NCBI RefSeq assembly: GCF_006345805.1
Contig: NC_043013.1
Coordinates: 48,422,001-48,486,000 of the forward strand
DNA: 64,000 nt
From: Octopus sinensis
Taxonomy: Eukaryota
Reading direction: 5' to 3'
The notes beneath the pieces were generated by a model. The model saw nothing but the letters and a program-made list of their open reading frames with translations, had not been told where the DNA came from and searched no databases. Position 1 is the first letter of the stretch. Every line of letters begins with the position of its first letter. Positions 44,680 through 56,968 of this stretch are shown here, one piece after another. Position numbers and translations under genes: made by a program.

Positions 44680-44900
44680 TTTTTACTTTACTTACTTTTT
44701 ACTTGTTTCAGTCATGTGACTGTGGCCATGCTGGAGCACCACCTTTAGTCGAGCAAATCGACCCCAGGACTTATTCTTTGTAAGCCTAGTACTTATTCTA
44801 TTGGTCTCTTTTGCCGAGCCGCTAAGTTATGGGGATGTAAACACACCAGCATCGGTTGTCAAGCTATGTTGGCGGGACAAACGCAGACACACAAACTTAT

Positions 44901-44931
<31 letters not shown>

Positions 44932-45092
44932 CGACAGGCTTCTTTCAGTTTCTGTCTACCAAATCCACTCGCAAGGCTTTGGTTGGCCCGAGGCTATAGT
45001 AGAAGACACTTGCCCAAGGTGCCACGCAGTGGGACTGAACCTGGAACGATGTGGTTGGTATACAAGCTACTTACCACACAGCCACTCCTACA

Positions 45093-45094
<2 letters not shown>
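44680..45094 (-). mobile_element. SINE family A
   Basis: Full-length match. Confidence 0.87.
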
Positions 45095-45131
<37 letters not shown>

Positions 45132-46303
45132 CTATATATATGTATATATATATATATACGCCTATATATATATATATATATATATATATGAATGACAATA
45201 ATGAATGCCACCTGTTTACTGAAATAAAATAATAGTTATCAGACAAAGGATTCATGTCAACTACTCATTTATTCCATTAGAATATTTAATATGTGAAAAA
45301 AAAATCTTTTTTGAAACGGTACCGAAGGCAATATGCAATCATGATGCTAAAATGTAGTTTCATATTTTGTATCTGATGAAAACAAGTATTGAAGTAAAAC
45401 AGTTTAGTGTTTTACTGTGTATAAGACAGTATTTTGCTGGGTATAAATAAATTCCACCCCTAACTGTCACTATATCGGGCCAGTTATTAGATCATTTTCA
45501 CATTAGTCTAAGGCCAAAATCTTTACCCAACAATATTTAATTTTGTTTTCTCTTTAAATGAAAAAATCTAAATAAAAAAAAAATGTACATGTGAAATAAT
45601 AGTATAAAATATTTATTATTCCAAAACATTGAAGTGTTGTAACAAATAAACTAACAGAAGAATCACAGTTGAAATGAATTCCTGAAAATATGCTTCCTTA
45701 GTTATTTTCAGGTTACTTTTTCTTCCGTTGTATTATCATTGTAGGTCATACCACAACTACTGTACATCACATTTAGATATAGAGGTGAATACCTACCTGC
45801 TTAAATAAGAATTAAATACAAAAGGAAAGCAAATATTAAAGAATTGGAACTTTATAAATGCAATCCAGTAAGATTAAGAACAAATGTCTTTTTGTCTTGG
45901 ATATAGAAAAATTAAATCAAAAATTTCTGTAAAGAAAGTACAAGATAAAAGAAATGGTTCAGGTGTCAGCACAGCTTAGACTAACAGCTTAATAAATTAG
46001 GAAATATATGAAAATTTAGATAATTCTGTGATATGGATACATATATAAAATAAATCTAAGATGTAGAAATAAAAAACTTATAAATATGAGTGGAAAAAAA
46101 CCTACAAAACAAACTCAATTTTAGATATTGTTAGTTATTTGTCACCTCAAGTTTGAAATATTTGATCACCAGTTAGAAAATCTCATTTTATTTAAATACA
46201 AATTATTGCATTTTCGAAATAAAAATAGAGGGAGAGGATTGTAATGTTTAGATTCTTTTAGTACATTCTAAGAAAAAAAAAAAGACCCAAAAAATAATAT
46301 ACT

Positions 46304-46619
46304 TCAAGAAATATATGATGTTGGAAACTGTTGTTTATAGAGGTAAGCCAATACCTGAGCAGCTAAACTTAAACTCTGGTAGCGACTGACACCAGCTAAA
46401 GCTAACTGCCAATTAGAACGCCCAATATGTGGTTGGGCTTCTTCTACTACTTGCCCAATTGTCACAGCAAGGCCTGACCAGCGCAAGGGATAATCTGTGG
46501 GAGTCCGGTCCTGAGCGGTCAATACATAAGGTGTTGGAATTGGTGTTGGTTGAGAATAAGTAGTAACGGTGATATTATGGGCTGGATCCTGGAGGTGTAA
46601 ACAACTCATCTCAAACCAC
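46304..46619 (-). CDS. PRRC1: PRRC1 terminal coding exon
   Basis: ttcctcag acceptor; WFEMSCLHLQDPAHNI...TPTDYPLRWSGLAVTIGQV...LAYLYKQQFP* matches the PRRC1 C-terminus (DYNLRWSGLLVTVGEV...GMYKQRLP); TGA at 46306-46304. Confidence 0.95.
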
Positions 46620-46920
46620 CTGAGGAAAATAGAAATGGTAACACAGAATAAATATCATAAAACACATGTAGACAATATAAGAAACAACGCTACTATTACC
46701 ACAGTTGTCCGACCAGTAAAGCAGCATCGACAGTTCAATTTCAAACAGATATTTAATTTAACCTTTTAGCATTTAAACCTGCCATATTATTCTATCTGTT
46801 TTATTTTCAAACTGGCCAGATATAACCTCTCATATCTTGCCTACCGCATCATTCCAAAAATAAACAATCTCATCGTTGAAATTTCAAAGCTATGAAACAA
46901 TACATAATCATATATATATA

Positions 46921-47672
46921 TATACTGGCAGATTGACCCGGCTTTGCTCGGGTGGATAGAAATTTGATGAATAACTTGTTTAAGCGTTAATTTTGACGAA
47001 ATTGCATTCCATTTTATCCATACTTTTGGAAAAATCAAAACAAAGATATTGTCTGCAACAACGCATATTTTTATAAATTTGAAGAAAACGGCAGAACTTA
47101 TGAAATCTGCTATTCAAATAAGGCTCAAAACACATAACAAAGTACAGTGTCAAAACAAGACAAAAAGATGTAAACGTTTGTGGTTTTTTTATTCGGTTGA
47201 GTCAAGAAGAAGTTAAAATATAATAACTTACGAACGATTGAGCCTTTCAACGTTTTCAATGAAAAGAATAATTTAATCTTCTAATTTATTTTTATCCATC
47301 AAAATATGCTGATTTTTTCAGGGAACGCTTCAAATTCACACTCATTTAATAAACACAACAGTATGAAAACATTTAAGCCATTTAAGACTGTCTAAGGGAA
47401 ATAACTATATAAGCATTTTTAGAGAGTTACTTCCCTTATATAAACCTAACCAAAAATGCATTAAAAATGAAAAAAATGATGGTAAATTTTTTTTTAAATC
47501 GTAGGCTCATCGTAGACGCGCGCTAATACGCAGAAGGGCTCAATATGAATCATGACTATAAGATACCCGCTTTTGGTTAAACTGCACCGCAAAATGTGGG
47601 AGTAGTTAGGAATCTAAATCGGAAGAGACAGACACTCACACACACAACTTGGATTTTATATATAAAGATATA
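46921..47672 (+). mobile_element. Helitron-like element, second family
   Basis: 5' tactggcagattgacccggctttgctcggg; 3' cagacactcacacacacaacttggattttatatataaagat. Confidence 0.6.
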
Positions 47673-48633
47673 TATGAAAAGACTGAGGAAGACTAGATGA
47701 AGTGTTGAAAAATGATCCCAAGAACTGATGTTGCGGAAGTTCCAATCCCCCATTCATGCATCGGCTCTGTTGCCTATTGTGTTTTTTTGCATCATCACTG
47801 TCTATTATCCTATTTGTTGTACCAGTTCTGTACCCTCTCATCTCATCTATCCACCACACCATGACACCCGTAACTGAGAATAGAATAATTTGTGCATAAC
47901 TGAATATCTCCCTTCCTCATACATCAACCTCCCGTAATTATTTTCACTCCGGAATAACGATGCTTGAGAAGGAGAGAATTGCACTTGTCTGACCTTTACC
48001 CACCCACCCTGTCACTGTGCTTTCTTGAACACATTATCCCAAAGATAGATCAAGACCTCTCATCATCATTTTATCAATCTCTCCTCCACACCAGTCTACC
48101 CACCCATATATAACATGGGTGGGAGCTAGCATTGCATCCCCTCTTACTCAATTCCTTCATTCTCTCTCTTCTCACTGCCCCTATCACAGTGACTCCCTCT
48201 CACTAATCCCTAACACTACCTTTCCCTTCCCATTCCTCACTTCTCTTTCTTTCTTGTACCACTTTACACACCTATGTGTAACATAGGAGTACAAGGGGTA
48301 CCGAAAAGAAACCAGAATGCCATTTTTGATCAAAAATTGTCTCACACTCAAAGCGGTGAGCAGAGGCTTTGTGTAAAACCAATTCCGTTTGCTTTGTAAG
48401 TTTCAGTTTCTTTTATTCAAACTGTATTCATCAAAATTAGATAGCAGCTATTATTAATGATAAAAGTGTCGTGCCAATGATAAGATATAGCAAGATAACT
48501 TCTTAGAATCCTGAAAACCATCAATTGCTACTTTCCAACTTGTATAATATCTTCAAAATATTCAAAGAATGGCAAAAGAAAATTCCAGCAATCTTTCCAT
48601 ACAATATAACTGTGAAATATTTTATGAGCTGCT

Positions 48634-48840
48634 TCATCATCATCATCATCATCATCGTTTAACGTCCGCTTTCCTTGCTAGCATGGGTTGGACGATTTGA
48701 TTGAGGTCTGGCGAACCAGACTCCAATCTGATCTGGCAGAGTTTCTACAGCTGGATGCCCTTCCTAACGCCAACCACTCCGAGAGTGTAGTGGGTGCTTT
48801 TTACGTGCCACCAGCACGGGGGCCAGTCAGGCGGTACTGA
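48634..48840 (-). mobile_element. RTE tail fragment
   Basis: (cat)n followed by cgtttaacgtccgc...gcccttcctaacgccaaccactcc. Confidence 0.8.
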
Positions 48841-49075
48841 AGGCGGCGAGCTGGCAGAATCGTTAGCACGCCGGGCGAAATGCTTAGCAGAATTTCGTCT
48901 GTCATTACATTCTGAGTTCAAATTCCGCCGAGGTCAACTTTGCCTTTCATCCTTTCGGGGTCGAGTAAATAAGTACCAGTTACGCCCTGGGGTCGATATA
49001 ATCGACTTAATCCGTTTGTCTGTCCCCTCTGTGTTTAGCCCCTTCTGGGTAGTAAAGAAATAGGTACTGAATTTT
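48841..49075 (+). mobile_element. SINE family C
   Basis: Same subtype as 5667-5900. Confidence 0.85.
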
Positions 49076-49202
49076 AATTTGATTAGTGCAACAAAGGACA
49101 CACTCTGTTTTAATTCACATTCCATGCTCGTTAAAATACCTAATCTCTGATTATGACATAACAGCAAATAGGTTGTGAAATACGATTAATTAGAAACATT
49201 AC

Positions 49203-49360
49203 CCATCGACTTGAAGTTCTACAATGAAGCCTTCAATGGCAACAATTGCTTGCTTCTCTTTAATATCATCTTGTTGACGTAAGCGAGATATTCTTTCCTG
49301 AGCTCCTCGAAGTGCAGCAGCGTAGCCAAGAGGCTGAGCAGCGGTGTTACTCTCACTATC
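49203..49360 (-). CDS. PRRC1: PRRC1 coding exon
   Basis: ttccttag acceptor, gtaatg donor; DSESNTAAQPLGYAAALRGAQERISRLRQQ...VAIEGFIVELQVD matches [21 protein letters not shown]...SVENFIAEL. Confidence 0.95.
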
Positions 49361-49456
49361 CTAAGGAAATATAATTGAAATAATGTCATCATTCCATTAC
49401 TGAAAACCAAATAACACACAAATGCACCAACACAATAAGCTGAATATTAATATCAG

Positions 49457-50190
49457 TTTCAAATTTTGGCACAAGGCCAGCAATTTCAAATTTTGGCACA
49501 AAGCCAGCAATTTCAAATTTTGGCACAAAGCCAGCAATTTCAAATTTTGGTACAAGGCCAGCAATTTCAAATTATGGCACAAAGCCAGCAATTTCAAATT
49601 TTGGCACAAGGCCAGCAATTTCAAATTTTGGCACAAGGCCGGCAATTTCAAATTTTGGCACAAGGCCAGCAATTTCAAATTTTGGCACAAGACCAGCAAT
49701 TTCAAATTTTGGCACAAGACCAGCAATTTCAAATTTTGGCACAAGGCCAGCAATTTCAAATTTTGGCACAAGACCAGCAATTTCAAATTTTGGCACAAGG
49801 TCGGCAATTTCAAATTTTGGCACAAGGCCGGCCATTTCAAATTTTGGCACAAGGCCAGCAATTTTAAATTTTGGCACAAGGCCAGCAATTTCAAATTTTG
49901 GCACAAGACCAGCAATTTCAAATTTTGGCACAAGGCCAGCAATTACTAATTTTGGCACAAGGCCAGCAATTTCAAATTTTGGCACAAGGCCAGCAATTAC
50001 AAATTATGGCACAAAGCCAACAATTTCAAATTTTGGCACAAAGCCAGCAATTTCAAATTATAGCACAACGCCAGCAATTTCAAATTATGGCACAAAGCCA
50101 GCAATTTCAAATTTTGGCACAAGGCCAGCAATTTCAAATTTTGGCGCAAGGCCAGCAATTTCAAATTATGGCACAAAGCCAGCAATTTCA
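49457..50190. repeat. 27-bp minisatellite, about 27 copies (tttcaaattttggcacaaggccagcaa)
   Basis: Direct tandem periodicity; the unit is the reverse complement of the family C SINE tail. Confidence 0.97.
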
Positions 50191-50297
50191 GGGGATTACA
50201 TCAACACCAGTGTTCATCTGGTACTAATTTAATCAACCCTGAAAGGTTGAAAGGCAAGGTTGACCTTCGCGAAATTTGAACTTAGAATGTAATGACG

Positions 50298-50724
50298 TAG
50301 GAGTGGCTGTGTGGTAAGTAGCTTGCTTACCAACCACATGGTTCTGGGTTCAGTCCCACTGCGTGGCACCTTAGGCAAGTGTCTTCTACTATAGCCTCGA
50401 GCCGACCAAAGCCTTGTGAGTGGATTTGGTAGACGGAAACTGAAAGAAGCCTGTCGTATATATGTATATATATATATATGTGTTTGTGTTTGTGTGTGTG
50501 TATGTTTGTGTGTCTGTGTTTGTCCCCCCAACATTGCTTGACAACCGATGCTGGTGTGTTTACGTCCCCGTAACTTAGCGGTTCGGCAAAAGAGACCGAT
50601 AGAATAAGTACTAAGCTTACAAAGATTAAGTCCTGGGGTCAATCTGCTCGACTAAAGGCGGTGCTCCAGCATGGCCACAGTCAAATGACTGAAACAAGTA
50701 AAAGAGTAAAGTGAGTAAAAGAGT
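50298..50724 (+). mobile_element. SINE family A inserted in a family C SINE
   Basis: Family C sequence is continuous across it (50190-50297 and 50727-50785). Confidence 0.85.
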
Positions 50725-50810
50725 ATGAATGGAATGCCACTAAGCATTTTGCCTGGTGTGCTAACAATTCTGCTGCCTCACTGAATAGCAATATTACTAT
50801 TTGAATTTAG

Positions 50811-51025
50811 GGTGGCAAGCTGGCAGAGTCGTTAGCATACCAGATAAAATGCTTAGTGGCATTTCGTCCATCTTTATGTTCTGAATTCAAATTCCACCAA
50901 GGTCAACTTTGCCTTTCATCCTTTCGGGGTCAATAAAGTAGGAACCAGTTCAGCACTGGGATGTAACTGACTTACACCCCACCCCTGAAATTGCTGGCCT
51001 TGCACTAAAATTCGAAATCTACATT
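50811..51025 (+). mobile_element. SINE family C (tail ccctgaaattgctggccttg...aaattcgaaa)
   Basis: Head and tail intact. Confidence 0.82.
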
Positions 51026-51183
51026 ACTATTTGAATCATTATTTGATTACAGGTATCAAATGTAACCTCTCTAGTGATCTTAACAGATTTCAATTACTTT
51101 GCTATTTCTAACAAAAAATATGTGTAAATGTAAATGTAAATGTGTGTATATGTATGTATGTATATATATATATATATATATAT

Positions 51184-51420
51184 ATTCACAACAACCTCGA
51201 ACACACAAGAGTAAACAAGAGAATCAGAGACAGGCAAAAACAAGGAAAATGCCCCTTGTGTTTGAATACTGTGCAAATATTCTTTTAAAAAAAATTTTCT
51301 TTTAATTTTTCTAAATTTAATTGTTTTCCATACTTACAATTGAAAAAGTCTCAATGACTGAAACCGGTACTGAAATGTTTTTTATAAAATTATTTTAGCA
51401 TTTTCTATCCTGACTTGTTT

Positions 51421-51462
<42 letters not shown>

Positions 51463-51705
51463 CCCCATATATATATGGAAAAAAAAAGTCAAGGTAGAAA
51501 ATGCTGAAATAATTTTATAAAAAAACATTTCAGTACTGGTTTCAGTCATTGAGACTTTTTCAATTGTAAGTATGGAAAACAAATTTTGGAAAAATTAAAA
51601 GCAAAGCTTTTTAAAAGTATATTTGCATAGTGTTCAAATACAAGTGGCGTTTTCCTTGTTTTTGCCTGTCTCTGTCTCTCTTGTAGGTTCGAAGTCGTTG
51701 TGAAT
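51184..51705. repeat. Long inverted repeat (~240-bp arms, TA-rich spacer)
   Basis: 51184-51424 is an imperfect reverse complement of 51478-51705. Confidence 0.92.
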
Positions 51706-51880
51706 TCTTGGTGGTGGTGGTGGTAGTAGTAGTAAGAGGAGGAGGAGAAGAAGAAGAAGTTCATTATTATTAACTGAAAAATGAAAGAATTGAAAAAAAA
51801 AATTGAAATAAAGATGGATTGATTTTAATAACAAAATCAATGACTTTTAAAAAAATAATTTAGTTCAAGGTGATGCTTAC

Positions 51881-51990
51881 TCTTCCAGTAACAGTTGCCC
51901 GACCAAAAGCTTGTTGCATTGCTTCTCGAATAGGTCCAATTTTCACTTCTTTTGTGGAAGCCACAATAATATCAATGTCACCACCACTCT
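51881..51990 (-). CDS. PRRC1: PRRC1 coding exon (start of the NTPase_I-T-like domain)
   Basis: (K)SGGDIDIIVASTKEVKIGPIREAMQQAFGRATVTGR matches [30 protein letters not shown]; gtaagc donor; GAG acceptor. Confidence 0.93.
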
Positions 51991-52186
51991 CTCAAGAAGA
52001 AAAAGAAATACTGTAATAATTAAACAAACTAATATACAACAGATGCTACATGCAAGATTTAATTATTTCACTGCCAATTACACTACATAGAAGCATATAT
52101 AGCATTTGTTTAGCTATATTTGACCAACACTGTTTGAGAGGGTTTTTGAATTTACTATGAAATCATACACATTAAATATTTTTAAA

Positions 52187-52628
52187 ATAATAATAATGAA
52201 ATCATTGTATACAGTGCTCAGGTGCACCACAACTTGTCAAAAAGTGCGTATAGAGTATATGCAGTAATGTACAAATGTCTGGGAAGTGAACAGTGTATGA
52301 GTCAGATACATGCTTGCATGTGTGTATGGAGGGGAGAAAGATCAGGTGTAGTGTTGGCGAATCTCAGGAAGCATGGAAGTTTTGAAGGATGCAGTGCTCC
52401 GACAACTAACAACTGATGCCGGCAGTTTGTTCCATGCTTCAGCAACTCTTAGCGTGAAAAAATGTTTCCGAAAGTCATGGGAGCTGTGCTGTTTTCTGAC
52501 TTTGTAAACATGTCCACGGGTGTTAGACAGGTGGGGTTTGAGAAGGTGCTCAGAGTTATTGTTTGTAAGATGGTTGATAATTTCATGGGTGTCTGCCAAG
52601 TCAGCTGCCAGACGTTGGAGTTTCAATG
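52187..52628 (-). mobile_element. CR1-type LINE 3' end
   Basis: ORF 52342-52626 (RGHVYKVRKQ...WNKLP); (att)n tail. Confidence 0.88.
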
Positions 52629-52905
52629 AGTGTCATTTTGTAGTCATAATGCCAGACTGCTTCATCTGTAGCTTAATAAGCCTAATTCTAATATTTTTGT
52701 TCCCCATCCTTACAGCCATTTTCTAGAGATTTTCAGTGTGGTTAGTACTAACTTGTTTGCTTTCCCCCCCAAATTAGTATGTATAATTTAGAAATACAGC
52801 AGAACAAAAAAATTTACAGGATGATTAGATTAACATGCTGTTCACTTACTTTTAGGAAAGGATGTGAAGTAGGATCACCTTCTTCATTCTAGCCATTTTA
52901 TATTA

Positions 52906-53272
52906 TACTAGCACTATGACCTGGCAACGCCGGGTGAGTGCTAGTGCATGCATATACAGCTGTGTGCATGTGCACATACACACGAGTACTGTCCAAATCT
53001 CCGACCAATCACATACAGCTAGCTGGCATTCAATTGGCGTATCAAGTTTCGGGCATTTTGATTGGGTTTTGGATAGAAAATTCACAAAAAAGTCACTTCT
53101 ATTGATTTTTTAATGGCTTTGTGGGGTGACTGGGGAAATGTAAAGATGTGCATGACCACCCTTGGATGGTGTTGAATGACCATAGAAAGTGCGAGCCCTC
53201 TAACTGAAAAATTGTGGATTTGTATAAAGGACACAAACGCAGACATTTTGCCGCTTATATATATAGAGAGAT
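52906..53272 (+). mobile_element. Helitron-like element, third family
   Basis: 5' tactagcactatgacctggcaacgccggg; caagtttcggg; 3' gccgcttatatatatagagagat. Confidence 0.55.
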
Positions 53273-53467
53273 TCAATGCATAATTACTGATACCAATAAT
53301 AGCAAAGTGTTTATGTTTGTTTATATGAGATCTTTGATTTAATTAAATGATGTGAAAATTTTCAGATATTATCACTTTGTTATAGTAGTGCAACACCTGT
53401 GCAGCAAGAAATTAAACGAATGTATCACAGGAACAGAATACTCTTTCTGCTTCTCCTTTATGCTTAA

Positions 53468-54103
53468 CTCTTTAGCATTTAATCTGGCCATATCCAGTTT
53501 ATATCTGGATATTCTACTTGCTTTATGTTTAAACCAGCCAGATCCAGACTCTCACACATACCCTACAATGTTACTCTTTTACTCTTTTACTTGTTTCAGT
53601 CATTTGACTGTGGCCATGCTGGAGCACTGCCTTTTAGTCGAGCAAATCGACCCCAGGACTTATTCTTTGTAAGCCTAGTACTTATCTTATCGGTCTCTTT
53701 TGGCAAACCGCTAAGTAACGGGGACATAAACACACCAGCATCGGTTGTCAAGCAATGCTAGGGGGACAAACACAGACACATAAACACACACACGCATATA
53801 TATATACATATATACGACGGGCTTCTTTCAGTTTCCGCCTACCAAATCCACTCACAAGGCTTTGGTCGGCCCGAGGCTATAGTAGGAGACACTTGCCCAA
53901 GGTGCCATGCAGTGGGACTGAACCCAGAACTGTGTGGTTGGTAAGCAAGCTACTTACCATACAGCCACTCCTGCGCCCTGTTAGTCTAAAAAAATATAGT
54001 CACATCATCAAAATCTCAAAGCAGTGAGATAGTGCATGAGTAATCCAAAACAGTGTGAATGAATAAGAATTACATTTGACAGAATAATCTGAATGCTAAA
54101 GGG
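53468..54103. mobile_element. piggyBac-like MITE split by a SINE
   Basis: TTAA at both ends; halves match 3513-3732. Confidence 0.82.
53571..53978 (-). mobile_element. SINE family A inserted in a piggyBac-like MITE
   Basis: MITE halves flank it. Confidence 0.87.
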
Positions 54104-54226
54104 TTAAGGCAAAAAACATCCATTTTGCAAGATTTTTTTCTAAAATCATACACCATTAATAAGTGCTGAATAATTAAATTTCTAGTTTCTAACTTGCACC
54201 ATGATACACTTTCGGTGAATACTTAC

Positions 54227-54281
54227 TTATATATTCTTTCATTTGAGGGTCCAAAGTTGTAATCACACTTTCAACTGAACT
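54227..54281 (-). CDS. PRRC1: PRRC1 coding exon
   Basis: tttacag acceptor, gtaagt donor; SSVESVITTLDPQMKEYI matches PRRC1 HSVESMITTLDPGMAPYI. Confidence 0.95.
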
Positions 54282-54925
54282 CTGTAAAAAGAAACATATA
54301 TATAATAAATATGCTAAATATATCAAATAAATTTTGTTTCTCAGAATCAAAAAAACTTTCAAATTAAGAAAATATATAGAAATTTTTTGAATGCATATTG
54401 TTAAAAAAATATCCATGAGTTTCAGCAGTTAAAAAGATTGTCACAATTTTTAAGAGTTGAGATAATGTAATATTATTTTGGCTATCTTTTTCCCCATTCT
54501 CTTCAGCTGTTGTTGATGCTCTGTGGATAAAGCTTCAACATGGCATTGCTGGCTTATTTATGTTAGTTGAAGGCCTACCTGTCCACACTGTTCAATAACT
54601 GCAGGTTGGTTGAGGCATTCCTGTGGCCAGATGATTAATTCTACCCATCAGCACCTTGATGGAATTTGAATTCAGAATGTAAAGAACTGGAACAGATACT
54701 ACCAGGCATCTCATCCAACACCCAAACATGCTGCTAACACTAGATTATTCTTATATCTTTCCACATCTTGCACATGGTTTGCATCTTTTGTTAGCATTCT
54801 TGTATTCCACATCTCAGGCATTATACAAAATACTTATACCCAGAATTACATTTACCTGGAACATTATACCAATATATTCAACCAACTACTAACACTTAGT
54901 AATTATCTGTAACTATTCAAATAAT

Positions 54926-55091
54926 AGGAGTGGCTGTGTGGTAAGTAGCTTGCTTACCAACTACATGGTTCCGGGTTCAGTCCCACTGCATGGCATCTTG
55001 GGCAAGTGTCTTCTACTAAAGCCTCGGGCTGACCAAAGCCTTGTGAGTGGATTTGGTAGATGGAAACTGAAAGAAGCCTGTCGTATATATG

Positions 55092-55122
<31 letters not shown>

Positions 55123-55326
55123 CTGTGTTTGTTCCCATAGCATTGCTTGACAACCGATGCTGGTGTGTTTACGTCCCCGTTACTTAGCGGTTCGGCAAAA
55201 GAGACCGATAGAATAAGAACTGGGCTTACAAAGAATAAGTCCCGGGGTCGATTTACTCGACTAAAGGCGGTGCTCCAGCATGGCCGCAGTCAAATGACTG
55301 AAACAAGTAAAAGAGTAAGAGTAAAT
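54926..55326 (+). mobile_element. SINE family A
   Basis: Full-length match. Confidence 0.87.
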
Positions 55327-55445
55327 TAAATACCTTCTTCACTTAATTCATCTAAATAGTATAAATCCCTATTTTGAGAAGGTTTAAAATGACTGAACCC
55401 TCCCCCAAACAAAGCAAAACAAAATACATACACACATAGAATTAC

Positions 55446-55582
55446 CTTAGTTTTCTCAACAACACGGGAAACAAAATTGCTACCAGAAAACCAACCAAAC
55501 AAACTGCTGTGACTTTGTGTCATATCTTGTTGTGGGACAGTAGATGTTTCAGCCCTTGGTATTATTGGTGTTTCTACATGAT
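55446..55582 (-). CDS. PRRC1: PRRC1 coding exon
   Basis: cattag acceptor, AAG|gtaatt donor; DHVETP...SSLFGWFSGSNFVSRVVEKTK corresponds to PRRC1 GIWGFIKG...VLDKTK. Confidence 0.88.
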
Positions 55583-56154
55583 CTAATGTTGGAAATGGAC
55601 AGGATTAGCAAACGACCAGAGTAGAGTAGCAGAGAACAGAACAGAACTCAGCTACAAAAAGAAACCTTATAATCAAATAGTCTGCAATGATGTTGCAAGT
55701 AGAATTTCCATGCTTGACTGAGTAATTAAAGCTGTACCTACAGCTACTCTGCTAATTAGTAAAATTCACAGGATATATAATGAAATATATAATGAAATAT
55801 ATAATGAAATATATAATGAAATAAATGTCCATTATTACATAGCAAGCACAAGTAACAATCAGACACTGAGAAAACAATGTCAACAATACAATTCCTCTTA
55901 ACCTGTATTCAAATATTAAAAGAAATTTTTTTTTAACCTGGCATAAACAAAACAGAATGTGTGGCAGAACAACCAGGATAAAGTCAAATTATTGCAGATG
56001 GCAACATATTTTACCTTTGATTAAAAACGTACAACCGTTCTTGCATTGGATAGTTTAAAACTACTTTAAGACTACAATTAATCAAATAGGTTTCATTCAA
56101 TAATAGTTGAAATGGATACATTTGACTATATAAGTAAACCGTAATTAAAATATT

Positions 56155-56355
56155 GGTTTCAAATTTTAGCACAAGGCCAGAAATTTTAGGGGAGGGGAAT
56201 AAGTCAATTACATCGCCCTCGGTGGTCAACTGGTACTTATTTTATTGACCTTGAAAGGATGAAAGACAAAGTTGAACTCAGACTGTAAAGATGGACGAAA
56301 TGCTGCCAAGCATTTTGCCCAGCATGCTAACGATTCTTCCAGCTGGCCATCTTAA
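56155..56355 (-). mobile_element. SINE family C
   Basis: Head and tail present. Confidence 0.8.
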
Positions 56356-56378
56356 TTGTAATTAAAATATTAACTCAC

Positions 56379-56490
56379 CTGATGGGAAGCTTTTGTCTCG
56401 GATGGAAGATGGGGGTTGAGATATAGTTAAACTGGACATTGGCGTATCAATTTTACTGGGTTCTGTTACAAAGAGGTAGCCATAGTCATG
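56379..56490 (-). CDS. PRRC1: PRRC1 coding exon
   Basis: tttttcag acceptor, CAG|gtgagt donor; ...VTEPSKIDTPMSSLTISQPPSSIRDKSFPS; ends phase 1, matching the next exon. Confidence 0.75.
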
Positions 56491-56735
56491 CTGAAAAAGA
56501 TTATATACATAAAAGTCTTAGGGTGAAAGTACAGCCAATTAATTAACCAACACATATTTTATCACTCTTAGGAAGGTGAAATAGAAAGTGAAACTACAAG
56601 ATTTAGTACATCATTACAGTGATGTACTAAACTTTGCATAGTAAAGTATAGATTGTGACCTAGTACTAATAAGTTGAGTCCTTTTTCCCTACCCTTTTTT
56701 TTTATGTAAAGTGAAATATTCTATTCAGAAATAAC

Positions 56736-56968
56736 TTAGTTGTCGGAGCACTGCATCCTTCAAAACTTCCATGCTTCCTGAGATTTGCCAACACTACACC
56801 TGATTTTCTCCCCTCCATACACACACAAGCATCAACCTGACTCATACACTGTTCACTTCTCAGACATTTTTACATTACTGCATACGCTTTATATGCACTT
56901 TCTGACAAGTTGTGGTGCACCTGAGCACTGTATACAATAATTTCATTATCATTATTATTATTTTATTA
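56736..56968 (+). mobile_element. CR1-type LINE 3' UTR fragment
   Basis: Matches the 3' end of 37860-38163. Confidence 0.8.

Noticed and set aside
49397-50227. Long ORFs on both strands (CQNLKLLAL, NFKFWHKAS and AQGQQFQIL repeats) and a CRISPR-like look
   Set aside because: Artefact of a 27-bp (9-codon) tandem unit; there are no spacers, and the unit derives from a SINE tail.
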